Counted from the whole stretch's first letter, positions 8,278 through 17,714 are shown. The stretch: DNA of 62,150 nucleotides, filler included, from Bacteriovoracaceae bacterium (GCA_018649885.1; 3 parts of 3 records of this genome joined end to end with filler, not necessarily neighbours in it); one strand, 5' to 3'. A program made the numbers and translations. Notes: generated by a model not told the origin, from the sequence alone.

Positions 8278-9939
8278 TTAGTTGTAATTTGCCAAATTAT
8301 TTGCTCTTGAGCACTGCAAAGCATCTTTTAAATCGCGCAGGCAATCAGTAAAATTAGGATGATAGATCGAAGCTCTTACATCAGCTGATTCACAGGCCCG
8401 ATGGGAAGACTCTCCACCCAGAAATTCTCTATAACTTCCCAAGAAATCGACACAATACTTAAATTCAGGTCTCTCATTTAGTGGAGTCGATTTTCGACCA
8501 AATCGAAACTCTGCTCCCAGTCCAATAATATGGCCGTCATAGATATTTTTTGTACGTCCTGCATTTCCTAAACTTCTGTAGTCACTAAGAGCAGAAGTTT
8601 CATAGAAAACATAAGCCGATACCCGGTCATTAAAGTGATAATCGAATCTTAGACCAAAAGTATTTTCAGTCATAGCTAAGTGCGACTCTTTAAGTCTATC
8701 ACCATCAGTGTACGACACAGAATCCCCCCCAAAAATGAGACGAGTCTGTGAATAAAGACTTATATCGAATCGATTGTGGATTCTGACGGTAAAGCTAGCA
8801 CTGGCGTTGAAAGAAAAAGGATGATTAGTTCCATCAGCATCTTCTTCCATGGTAATCACTTCATGCAAACTGTCATCATTGATTTTGAATGCTGTACCAA
8901 AACCAACTTCACCGCTTAGGATAAACTCCACTCCTCTCATTTGAGTAAAGGCAATGCCTTTTTCTGCTCGAACATTTAAGAAGTCAACAGTTAAGGCCCG
9001 GTGATTTACTTCGGTACCAAGACCCCACATACCGTAGGCCATTTTGACTGCAGAAATCTCAATTCCAGAGCCTAAGATTTTGGCAGCGGAAGCCGTGAAC
9101 TCATCAATGGAAGCCTTTGTGACGCCAATTCCTGCGCCCATGGGAACTCTTACCTTTAGCTCAAAGGGAAGAATTTCAAAATCAGGGTCAGCGAAGATTT
9201 CACCTATTGTAGTTTTCTTTGGATCTCTCGATTTTTGATAGAGACGGCTACTCAAGGTAAAGATCATGCCAGTCTTCACGCCTCCATTATTAATAATCAC
9301 TTGGAATTCTGTCTGCAACTCTCCAGAATTTAAAATTCTCAATTTTTGTAATTCTTTGAAAAACTTTAACTTTGATAGATCTACAACTGTTGTATTAACA
9401 GGAGGTGCATAGTTAATGGTGGTATTGAACATTTTCTCAACAATTGGTTTACTTAAATGAAAATCATTAGTTTTCTCGACTCCTAAAAGGCCAAACACTT
9501 CATGAATAGCAAGGTAGTGCTTCATAACAGGAGACTTTTTCTCCCACATATTTCTATCAAATATAATAAAGTAAGAGTCTGTCTGCTGATAATAGTAGTT
9601 TGAGGCCTCGACTTGTATTTGTTGTCCTAACTCTGGGTCGAAAATAAAAACACCACCATCACGCGATCTTATCTTAAGTTTTTTTATCTCTCCCGCTTCT
9701 TCATCTTCAACACTTAGGTACTCACCTAAAAGTTCGGTCAATTCTTCTATGGTAGTCTCATGTCTGAGAAGTGTTGGATCTTTTCTAATAAACTCCAAGA
9801 CATTTTCGGCAGATTGTTTGAGCTCATCGGCCCATGTATCTCCACCATTTCCAAGGCCCGAAGCTCCCTTGCCTGCAAAGAGATCAAAGCTCGAAAGGGC
9901 CACTGCAAAAACCATAATGGCAAAAAATTTACTGTACAT
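8278..9939 (-). CDS. Secreted or outer-membrane hypothetical protein with N-terminal GNGGD motif and a beta-rich C-terminal half
   Basis: ATG at 9939 after GGGGAGAG RBS (ORF track 9987). Signal peptide, GLGNGGD, AIHEVFG and amphipathic beta strands. Confidence 0.75.
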   Translation of the reverse strand: MYSKFFAIMVFAVALSSFDLFAGKGASGLGNGGDTWADELKQSAENVLEFIRKDPTLLRHETTIEELTELLGEYLSVEDEEAGEIKKLKIRSRDGGVFIFDPELGQQIQVEASNYYYQQTDSYFIIFDRNMWEKKSPVMKHYLAIHEVFGLLGVEKTNDFHLSKPIVEKMFNTTINYAPPVNTTVVDLSKLKFFKELQKLRILNSGELQTEFQVIINNGGVKTGMIFTLSSRLYQKSRDPKKTTIGEIFADPDFEILPFELKVRVPMGAGIGVTKASIDEFTASAAKILGSGIEISAVKMAYGMWGLGTEVNHRALTVDFLNVRAEKGIAFTQMRGVEFILSGEVGFGTAFKINDDSLHEVITMEEDADGTNHPFSFNASASFTVRIHNRFDISLYSQTRLIFGGDSVSYTDGDRLKESHLAMTENTFGLRFDYHFNDRVSAYVFYETSALSDYRSLGNAGRTKNIYDGHIIGLGAEFRFGRKSTPLNERPEFKYCVDFLGSYREFLGGESSHRACESADVRASIYHPNFTDCLRDLKDALQCSRANNLANYN

Positions 9940-10720
9940 ACTCTCTCCCCGTAATCGAAAGTGGAAAAAAATTAACATTAAGTGCATAAACTTCGCTTAG
10001 CTCATCCACGTTCATGGCCTCAGCGAATTTCTGTTCAAATTCCCTGATTATGTCACGGGCCAAATCCATTTTCTCTGGATTAAAGGCCAGGGTAAGTCCT
10101 GTGTGATCATAAGTTTTAATTTTGCCACTATCAATTGACTTAGCCGCTAGCTCAAGTCGTTCTTTATGTGCTTTCCTGAGAGATCTATTTTTGATCCCAT
10201 CAGTTGTTTTAAAAGGTATCTCACTGCTATCTACAATATCGCCATTGTCTTTGATTTTTATGATGTCGAGCTTTTCAAGCCTTTCAAGAGCTAATTTCAC
10301 TCGCTTTTTGCTAATACCTAGCCTACTTGAAATCCAATCGCAGTCAGAAACAAAATCATCGGTGTCAATTAGTTGAGTTATCGCCAGATGCTCCCAGCCA
10401 GATATGATTTCAAACTTATCCATATCTAGAAATTGATTTCGTGGAAGTGCTTCTACACGCTGCGAGTTTTTATGAAGTTTATCGAGAACAAACAATTCAG
10501 AAATATGAGACTCAGCTTCAGGTGAAAGGCAGAGCTTTTCAACAATTTTACTACCGAGTTTTTTTGAGACTTTTCTTTTACCAGCTAGAATTAGACTAAG
10601 AGTGCCAGGTGAAACATCCAGGCGTTTTGCGAAGGCCCTAAGTGAAAAATAGGGATTTTTAGATTTTAAATCTTGTAGATGATCAGAAAGTATCTTTCTG
10701 ATCTCATCTTGCGCTTGCAT
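9929..10720 (-). CDS. TIGR02147/DUF4423-family HTH protein (putative transcriptional regulator)
   Basis: KNPYFSLRAFAKRLDVSPGTLSLILAGKR HTH, a winged-helix middle (ISGWEHLAI..WISSRLGIS) and C-terminal VYALNVNFFPL typical of this family. Confidence 0.85.
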   Translation of the reverse strand: MQAQDEIRKILSDHLQDLKSKNPYFSLRAFAKRLDVSPGTLSLILAGKRKVSKKLGSKIVEKLCLSPEAESHISELFVLDKLHKNSQRVEALPRNQFLDMDKFEIISGWEHLAITQLIDTDDFVSDCDWISSRLGISKKRVKLALERLEKLDIIKIKDNGDIVDSSEIPFKTTDGIKNRSLRKAHKERLELAAKSIDSGKIKTYDHTGLTLAFNPEKMDLARDIIREFEQKFAEAMNVDELSEVYALNVNFFPLSITGREYVQ

Positions 10721-10795
10721 GTCTTTTTCTTCTCTCTTCTCTTTTACTTTCTCTCTGATGAATACATAACATGCTTTATGCGTTGCATGTTAAAA

Positions 10796-10811
10796 TAGAA
10801 ACAAAGTGTTT
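10796..10811. promoter_or_regulatory. Candidate operator copy 1 (TAGAAACAAAGTGTTT)
   Basis: Exact 16-bp match to 11312-11327, with dyad AAACA-N3-TGTTT. Lies upstream of the TIGR02147 gene. Confidence 0.55.
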
Positions 10812-10846
10812 ACTTTATACAATTCATTAATTACAAGTAGTTAGAT

Positions 10847-10879
10847 AAAAAAAGGGGAGAGCTTCACGCTCTCCCTCTT
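10847..10879 (-). terminator. Rho-independent terminator
   Basis: On the minus strand, a GGGAGAGC-GTGAA-GCTCTCCC stem is followed by a T7 tract. A second hairpin (10899-10920) precedes it, downstream of ORF 10932-11222. Confidence 0.75.
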
Positions 10880-10931
10880 CAAAACCTCACTAAACACTGG
10901 CAAGTCTATTCAGACTCGCCCAAACAAACCA

Positions 10932-11222
10932 TTATATGACAGACACCCTTCTGGGAGCTTTAAGAACAATTAATTCCAACATTCCAGAGCCGAAGACCTC
11001 TCTACCACCTTTAATAAGAGAGAGAATTTTTGGTTCTTCCTGAACCAAAAGCTCTAGCCTGGGGGAGGGAAAGGGGAAAGTTGCATCCTTGATTTCAAGG
11101 ACACACTTTGGGTCGTTAGCTGGGGATTGGGGTATATATGTAGAAATAGGGGTTGGGGATACATATACAAATATTGGAGTTGGGGTTGGAGATATATTTT
11201 TATTTTCAATTACAGTTTTCAT
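10932..11222 (-). CDS. Small Pro/Thr-rich hypothetical protein
   Basis: GAGGA RBS before the ATG and downstream hairpins plus terminator on the same strand. Confidence 0.5.
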   Translation of the reverse strand: MKTVIENKNISPTPTPIFVYVSPTPISTYIPQSPANDPKCVLEIKDATFPFPSPRLELLVQEEPKILSLIKGGREVFGSGMLELIVLKAPRRVSVI

Positions 11223-11311
11223 TTCTTATCCTCGGCACGGCTATATTTCTTTGCTGCTGTGCTTTTCGTTGATTTGAAATATAGAGGCCTCGAAAAGCTA
11301 TGGCAAGGATT

Positions 11312-11380
11312 TAGAAACAAAGTGTTTCCATTTTTTGAGAAACGTAAAATTTATCCATGTTTCCAAAAAATTTGGAAACA
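11312..11380. promoter_or_regulatory. Candidate operator cluster (TAGAAACA-AAG-TGTTTCCA; TGTTTCCA-N7-TGGAAACA)
   Basis: Four GAAACA/TGTTTC half-sites within 70 bp upstream of ORF 11222. Confidence 0.55.
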
Positions 11381-11517
11381 AATCATTGTAAGCATCTAAT
11401 TTATTAGGGAGCAAAGGGTTAAGTTAAAACTCACTTATTCAGAAAGGAGCTTTGTTGGACCAACTTGTAAAAGGTATGGACGCGCATGAAATATTGGTTA
11501 CTAATAAATCCTTGTAC

Positions 11518-12123
11518 TTAAATTAGACTTTTCAATGAAACCCAATAATTTCCGGCAGATTGAAGACAAAATTGGGTAAGTTCATCTCCCACTATTAATC
11601 CACCATTCATAAGAGACCTACCACTCGATAATAATATTTCTTTTGCAAGGTATGGGTATTCATATCCAGAGAAGATGTCTAGCAACTTAGTAATACTAGA
11701 AAAGCTTAGGGCCATTCCAACAATCATGCCAAGTGGAAGTGCAACTCCGTGGGCAGCAACGACAGCAGTTCCACCTTCAGTCGCTCCTCCAAGAACGAGA
11801 GCGGGAGGTAGTCCACAGCTAGCAACTGTAAGAGCTCCATACATAACAGTACTTAAATACCTTTTAAAATAGGATAGTTTTTCGAGCTGAATCTTAAACT
11901 CATAATAATCTTGGCTTAATTTATGTTGAATAAAGTAAGTAGTGAAGGTTTTACCACCAAATCTTTTATGAATTTCCTCATCGAGCATGGCCTCAGTACT
12001 GTCAGTCACCTCACTGCTAACAACAAAGCTGCGATATATAAGTGAACTAGAACTATATCTGTCTTTTGAAAAAATAGAAGTTGATAAACTCATCAGAATG
12101 ATGATTACGATACATTTCAACAT
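11518..12123 (-). CDS. Hypothetical exported or membrane protein
   Basis: Signal-like N-terminus, central Gly/Ala-rich hydrophobic hairpin and G-rich RBS. Confidence 0.65.
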   Translation of the reverse strand: MLKCIVIIILMSLSTSIFSKDRYSSSSLIYRSFVVSSEVTDSTEAMLDEEIHKRFGGKTFTTYFIQHKLSQDYYEFKIQLEKLSYFKRYLSTVMYGALTVASCGLPPALVLGGATEGGTAVVAAHGVALPLGMIVGMALSFSSITKLLDIFSGYEYPYLAKEILLSSGRSLMNGGLIVGDELTQFCLQSAGNYWVSLKSLI

Positions 12124-12396
12124 GCGCCCCCCCGAGCTAGTAAATTAGATGCATTCAAGATTTGATATTATTATCCTCGATTATTGATTTTGAAGAAATC
12201 AGTTAAGTAGTTTTTACCCACTGATTAACAATAATTAATACTCGGAACACGATGCCTTTTGAAAAAAATACAAAGGCGTCAATATATTAGTCAGTAAACG
12301 ATGCAATCAAGGACATAACCTATCTGTAGCTGCATCAATTAAAGAATTTAAGAGAGTCCAGGTATTTACTGGATCGGTATGAACTTACCAAAAATC

Positions 12397-13647
12397 TTAA
12401 ATTTGGTTTAGGCGAGTGGCCCTTTCTATATTTTGTAATACCTTTTGTGTACTAAAGCTTCGATAGACTGTAACTAATATCGCAAGAAGTGAAAGTGAAA
12501 GAAAGCAGAGATTTGCGATATTTAAACAAATAGAGACATCTAAAATTTCGCTACCATAACCTAATATAAATACCATCCCCCCCATCAATGCCTTACAAAT
12601 AGAACCTTGTATCATTGAAACCTTCGCAATCTCTTCCTCTGGACAATATTTTATCAATCCCATGAGATGATGGATAAAGAGATTCTCGAATCCAATAACA
12701 AAAAAGAAAAAAGGGATTGCTCCATAGATATTATCAATTTGAGTGAAAAGAAAATAATTTGTAGAGGTAAAAAGAATAATGGGTAAATGGTCCAGTGAAA
12801 GAGTATCGCTCATATATTTGGAGGTATAATTCCTATAGATTGTGGCCCCTATCGCCACTGCCATGGCCATGACGACGAAGAGAATGCCAACACCTTGCTC
12901 GCCAATATTCCACTTTTGTTGAGGCAGAAAATTTATAGCAAAATCATAACTTCCTTGGAGAAATACCGATATGAGAAAGAGCATGATATTAGCTTCTAAT
13001 AAATTCGTATTACCTACAATGACTTTAAAAGGCTGAACCAGAGAATAGTAAAACTTCTCTTTTCCTTCACTAGGTTGGTTAGATTTTTTATTCCCCTTCA
13101 CTGTCAAAAAGATAATCGCCGAAGCAAAGAAGGTGATCGCATCAAAAATAATAGCCTTTTCAATTCCAAATTTCTTGACAAATATGAGTGCCAATACCCC
13201 ACTAATGGCCATCCCTAAATAACCACCTACTTGGACAAAAGGTGCGAAACGGGCGCGCTCCTTTTCTGCGATACATGTTTTCATGGTCACAGGCTTTAGA
13301 CTATTAGTCATATTATGGCCAAGGCTTCTGAGAAATAGTAAAAGAAAAAATGGCCAACTCATGGCCTTTACAAAATAAAGAAGAGCCAATGTGGCAAATC
13401 CGGAAAAAAAACAAGATAGTGAAATAATCCTTTGTGTTCTGAATTTATCGATAATTGAAGAGGTGAAAAAGAAAAGAAAAGGTCCGGGAACCCAATGAAT
13501 AACAAGCGGCCATGAGCTAAAAGATGTAGATTCAGTGGTCATAAAAGTATGAATAGATAAAGAAATTAGAAGAAAATAACTGCCAACATTATTAATTAGA
13601 AATCCCCAAAAGAGCTTTAGAAAATTTTCCATACCAGAATTATTCAT
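12397..13647 (-). CDS. MFS transporter
   Basis: 416 aa with about 12 hydrophobic segments in a 6+6 arrangement. Has a motif-A-like SSIIDKFRTQR and AIIFDAITFFAS. Confidence 0.8.
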   Translation of the reverse strand: MNNSGMENFLKLFWGFLINNVGSYFLLISLSIHTFMTTESTSFSSWPLVIHWVPGPFLFFFTSSIIDKFRTQRIISLSCFFSGFATLALLYFVKAMSWPFFLLLFLRSLGHNMTNSLKPVTMKTCIAEKERARFAPFVQVGGYLGMAISGVLALIFVKKFGIEKAIIFDAITFFASAIIFLTVKGNKKSNQPSEGKEKFYYSLVQPFKVIVGNTNLLEANIMLFLISVFLQGSYDFAINFLPQQKWNIGEQGVGILFVVMAMAVAIGATIYRNYTSKYMSDTLSLDHLPIILFTSTNYFLFTQIDNIYGAIPFFFFVIGFENLFIHHLMGLIKYCPEEEIAKVSMIQGSICKALMGGMVFILGYGSEILDVSICLNIANLCFLSLSLLAILVTVYRSFSTQKVLQNIERATRLNQI

Positions 13648-13895
13648 ATACGTATTCCCCCGTTCGCAACATAAGACTCAAGAAATAGTACCTCATGATA
13701 AATTCTCCTAAATAAACGTTTTTATTCGAAAGGGCGATCCCAGTGCAATGAAAATTTAACATGAATTTCAGGGATCCCTTCATTCGAAAGATCGAATCTG
13801 TTTACTCGGTTTACTGAGACAGGATTACATGGAGTTATGGAACTGTAATGCTAGAGAATTTTCCGGGTGAAAAGGTGCAAGGTGGAAAAGCCTCA

Positions 13896-13911
13896 TGGCA
13901 CGAATGCTGCT
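13896..13911 (+). promoter_or_regulatory. Sigma54 (-24/-12) promoter candidate
   Basis: TGGCACGAATGCTGCT (GG-N10-GC). It points towards the VWA/gliding operon, but an assembly gap lies between them. Confidence 0.6.
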
Positions 13912-14036
13912 AACTTAAGAACCATCATCTAGGCTACCTTGCCCTTTGAAAGGCCCTGGTGGCCACTTCTTCGAGAATATCCCCATTCTTGTTTTTTTGC
14001 ATTTTTCCGGTCCGTTGTTAGTAAACAATATCGACT

Positions 14037-14136
14037 NNNNNNNNNNNNNNNNNNNNNNNNNNNNNNNNNNNNNNNNNNNNTTAATTAATTAANNNNNNNN
14101 NNNNNNNNNNNNNNNNNNNNNNNNNNNNNNNNNNNN
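14037..14136. other. Assembly gap (N44-TTAATTAATTAA-N44 artificial spacer)
   Basis: Runs of N around an all-frame stop linker. Adjacent to a tandem repeat. Confidence 0.98.
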
Positions 14137-14421
14137 AATGGTGATGGAGACGACGACGACGGCGACTCTAACAATCCTGATGATGGACAAGTTGTAGATA
14201 ATGGTGATGGAGACGACGACGGCGACGGCGACTCTAACAATCCTGATGATGGACAAGTTGTAGATAATGGTGATGGAGACGACGACGACGGCGACTCTAA
14301 CAATCCTGATGATGGACAAGTTGTAGATAATGGTGATGGAGACGACGATGACGACGACTCTAACAATCCTGATGATGGACAAGTTGTAGATAATGGTGAT
14401 GGAGACGACGACGATGACGAT
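14137..14421 (+). repeat. Coding tandem repeat, 63-66-bp unit, at least 4.5 copies
   Basis: Units start at 14137, 14200, 14266, 14329 and 14392. Confidence 0.95.
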
Positions 14422-15270
14422 AGTCAAAATACCATCACAATAACTGAAAACTTCGCAGGAAAATCAGAGCAAGAAAGCGGAAAGGTTGACATCCTTTGGG
14501 TTGTTGATAATTCGGGTTCAATGGAAAATGAGCAAGCTGCACTATCATATAACTTTGATATCTTTATTAATCAATTCATAGATCAAGACATTGATTTTCA
14601 AATGGGCATTACAACGACTGACCCGAGAAGATGGTACAATGGGGATATGGTTGGAGATCCATCAAAGCTTAATTCAAGCTATGCTAAGTCTAATGAGTCC
14701 AGTTTTTTGAGACACTTCAAAAACCAGATTCAAGTTGGTACCAATGGATACGGCGAAGAGATGGGATTAAAGACAATGAAATCCTTTCTTGAAAAAAATA
14801 GTAGTATTTTCAGAGATGATGCCTACCTCGCAATTGTGATTCTAAGTGATGAAGAGGAGCAATCTAGTAGTTCTGCAAATAACTATGTGAACTTCTTATC
14901 AACACTTAAACCTAATGCCGGAATGGTAAAGGTCCATTCAATTGTGACAAAAGAGCTGAATAACAATCAGTGGGAAACTGTTGGCCAAAAATACTTGGAT
15001 GTTTCATCCGCAACAAATGGAATACAGGCCAGCATCAAAGAAGACTTTTTTGGTATTTTACAAGATATGGGTGAAAAGATTGTGACATTTGCCACATCAT
15101 TTCCTCTATCAAACACACCAATCGAGTCATCGCTTGAGGTTTATATAAATGATGAATTGCAAACAAGTGGCTGGAGTTTTGATGCTTCAATCAATGCAGT
15201 GAAATTTGACGAGAACATGGCCCCACAAGACGGGGATCAAATAAAAGTGGTCTATGAAACCGCACAATAA
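14137..15270 (+). CDS. VWA (MIDAS) domain protein with Asp-rich repeat stalk, CglB-like adhesin candidate; 5' end lost in gap
   Basis: The frame of ORF 14521 is open back to 14137: (NGDGDDDDGDSNNPDDGQVVD)n, then KVDILWVVDNSGSMENEQ (DxSxS), GITTTD and VILSDEEEQS. Confidence 0.85.
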   Translation, partial: NGDGDDDDGDSNNPDDGQVVDNGDGDDDGDGDSNNPDDGQVVDNGDGDDDDGDSNNPDDGQVVDNGDGDDDDDDSNNPDDGQVVDNGDGDDDDDDSQNTITITENFAGKSEQESGKVDILWVVDNSGSMENEQAALSYNFDIFINQFIDQDIDFQMGITTTDPRRWYNGDMVGDPSKLNSSYAKSNESSFLRHFKNQIQVGTNGYGEEMGLKTMKSFLEKNSSIFRDDAYLAIVILSDEEEQSSSSANNYVNFLSTLKPNAGMVKVHSIVTKELNNNQWETVGQKYLDVSSATNGIQASIKEDFFGILQDMGEKIVTFATSFPLSNTPIESSLEVYINDELQTSGWSFDASINAVKFDENMAPQDGDQIKVVYETAQ

Positions 15271-15280
15271 TGGAGTGTAA

Positions 15281-15982
15281 ATGGTAACCATTAGGTTTGT
15301 CCTCCCAATGGCGTTATTATTATTCTTCAGCACCCCTTTATTTGGTGCTGAAGATAATTTATACGACTTTCTGTGGTTGGACCCAGACAAATCAGTCTAC
15401 GTTTTGCAAAACAAAGTTTATGCAAAAAAGAATAAATTCTATTTAAACCTAGGTGGCGTAAAAGGATTTAGCTCTAGGTTTCAATCTACCTATGGAATCC
15501 ATGGAAATGTAGGATACAATTTTGCTGAGGAATGGGGCTTTGAATTATTTGTAAACAATTACGATAATTCAAATAACACTGACTACAATAATGTAAAGGC
15601 CATCAATAGCAGTGAGCCATTTGTTCGAAGACTTAACACAATCTACGGGGGGATGCTTACCTGGTCTCCCTTTTATGGAAAAATAAACACATTTAATGAA
15701 ATAATCTACTTTGATTGGCATTTTGGCGTGGGACCTTCAAAAGTTCATGCTGAGAGTAATATCAATACAGTGACTGACCCAACTGTATCAAGTCGCTATG
15801 AAAAAGAAGACTACATGGGTGTCACAACAAGAACTGGTGTCAAAATCTACATTTCTAAGAGTATTCATATGGGAGTTGACCTTATGAATACGAATTATAA
15901 GGCGCCAGGGCCACGAAGTAAGGCGAAGAAAAAACTAAGAAGTAATTTTGACGGTATTTTATCATTAGGCTTTAGCTTCTAA
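15281..15982 (+). CDS. Outer membrane beta-barrel, GltA/GltB-like (myxobacterial OMP family)
   Basis: Signal peptide, VYVLQNKVY, WSPFYGKIN..IIYFD and C-terminal Phe. Operon context supports the call. Confidence 0.8.
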   Translation: MVTIRFVLPMALLLFFSTPLFGAEDNLYDFLWLDPDKSVYVLQNKVYAKKNKFYLNLGGVKGFSSRFQSTYGIHGNVGYNFAEEWGFELFVNNYDNSNNTDYNNVKAINSSEPFVRRLNTIYGGMLTWSPFYGKINTFNEIIYFDWHFGVGPSKVHAESNINTVTDPTVSSRYEKEDYMGVTTRTGVKIYISKSIHMGVDLMNTNYKAPGPRSKAKKKLRSNFDGILSLGFSF

Positions 15983-15995
15983 GAGAGGAAATTAA

Positions 15996-17714
15996 ATGAA
16001 AGTGGGTAGTTTTTCATTTTCCATTATTATTTTTCTTCTGTTTATCATTAAAACAGCGCTTGGTGCTGGTATTGATATGAAAGTTGAAAAATTGCTAAAA
16101 GCTGGTGAGGGACTTGAAGCCACTTATCTTCTTAGAAGAAATGGTTACTACTTCACAACCCTTTACTTCTTAGAACGAGAATTAAACGAAAAAGAGGAAT
16201 TAGATCCTCAGTATATAAAAACCGTTGAATCAATAATTTTTCATACAGGTGTTCAAGGGTTATATGATCAAAAAATATCTAATTTAAAGAAGCTACAGAC
16301 ATCGGGGATTTTTTATATTATCGGGAAGAAATTTTTCGATCATGGAAGATATAAAAAAGCGATACACTGGCTAGAAAAGATCTATTCAGGTCATCGTTTT
16401 TCACATGAAGCAAAACTATTAGAAGGTCTTTCCCATACAGCGTTAGGAAATAAAAGTGAAGCACTCACTGCCTACGAGCACTGCATGGCCTATGCGGGAA
16501 CTCTAGCAAATGATGCCAAAACTCTTTCAGGTAAAAGGTTTCACACTGTTGTTAAAGAAACCTGCATCACCAATATTGCCAGAATACACTATGAGGAAGG
16601 CAAATTTGAGAAGGCCTTAGAGTCTTGGGATGAAATTCCAAAGAAATCTTACCGCTGGCCTTATTTATTACTAGAAAAAGCGTGGGCCTTTTATTACAGA
16701 CAAAATTACAACCGAACTCTTGGTGTTCTTGTAACTTACAAATCTCCACTTCTGGAAAGCTATTTTGATCCTGAAATTGAAGTATTAATTGCCCAGTCAT
16801 ATTTCAAGCTTTGCCTTTGGGATGATAGCTTGGAGGTTATTAACTACTATTTTAAAGAATACCAAAAACTATCAACTCAAATAAGTGCAAAGATAGCGAC
16901 ATTTCATAGGCCAAGCGACTATGTGAAGCTTACTCTCACCCCTCTTTCAAAACTTGAAAAGGAAAATAGATTATTTAGAAACCTCGTCACGAAAATCACT
17001 AAAACAAATAAATTTAAAATTGATATGGCGGCAATAAAGCGTATAAATAAAGAAATCGGGAGAGTTGAAAAATGGGAAAGTGAATTAAAAGAAGATATCG
17101 GCCACGTTTTAAAAGGAATGAGACGCCACAGAGTGCAAAAGCTTTCTCATTATATTAAGAAATTTATATTTGATTTTATTAATCGTACACATGCTCTTTC
17201 ATCAGATTTACTAAATATTAGACTTGAAATCCTCTCCAAGAAAAGAGGCCTTCTATATGACCAGAAAAAGCTAATCGCAGATCGAAGCAGAGGCAACTTT
17301 GAAAATGTAAACCGTAAGACTTCACAATTTTTCTTTAAATTTAATGGAGAGTTTTGGACTGATGAATTCGGAGACTATTCATTTGGCCTAATGTCAAACT
17401 GTGAAACAGTTGACGACAAGCTTCCTCGAAAGGTGCAAAAAGAATCTGCCGACGTTTTAAGTGAAGAAAGAGAGCTTGAACCCAAGGCAGTGAGTGAAGA
17501 ACTCAAAGTAGAGGAAGCTATAGACTCACCTGATGACATAAGTGAAAGCGAAAAGAAATCGCTACTGGCCGAAGAAGAAAAAGAGGCAAACGATCAAATA
17601 CTTGAACTGCAAAATGATAACTCAACAAAGAGCGACCAACCTGCAGTATTTAATGACGATAATACTTTGGCCAAACCAGAGGTGCCATTAACAGGCTTAG
17701 AGGGGGGAAGATGA
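15996..17714 (+). CDS. TPR protein, GltC-like gliding motility component
   Basis: TPR helices (IARIHYEEGKFEKALESW, LLEKAWAFY), FNGEFWTDEFGDY..C motif and an acidic tail. Confidence 0.75.
   Translation: MKVGSFSFSIIIFLLFIIKTALGAGIDMKVEKLLKAGEGLEATYLLRRNGYYFTTLYFLERELNEKEELDPQYIKTVESIIFHTGVQGLYDQKISNLKKLQTSGIFYIIGKKFFDHGRYKKAIHWLEKIYSGHRFSHEAKLLEGLSHTALGNKSEALTAYEHCMAYAGTLANDAKTLSGKRFHTVVKETCITNIARIHYEEGKFEKALESWDEIPKKSYRWPYLLLEKAWAFYYRQNYNRTLGVLVTYKSPLLESYFDPEIEVLIAQSYFKLCLWDDSLEVINYYFKEYQKLSTQISAKIATFHRPSDYVKLTLTPLSKLEKENRLFRNLVTKITKTNKFKIDMAAIKRINKEIGRVEKWESELKEDIGHVLKGMRRHRVQKLSHYIKKFIFDFINRTHALSSDLLNIRLEILSKKRGLLYDQKKLIADRSRGNFENVNRKTSQFFFKFNGEFWTDEFGDYSFGLMSNCETVDDKLPRKVQKESADVLSEERELEPKAVSEELKVEEAIDSPDDISESEKKSLLAEEEKEANDQILELQNDNSTKSDQPAVFNDDNTLAKPEVPLTGLEGGR

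Noticed and set aside
14081..14092. TTAATTAATTAA palindrome inside N runs (also 30682-30693)
   Set aside because: Artificial scaffolding linker with stops in all frames, not biological.
14085..14427. Minus-strand repeat ORFs (Ser-rich and Val/Ile-rich) and a possible CRISPR-like periodicity
   Set aside because: These are shadows of the + strand Asp-rich coding repeat. The units are near-identical with no unique spacers and no cas genes.
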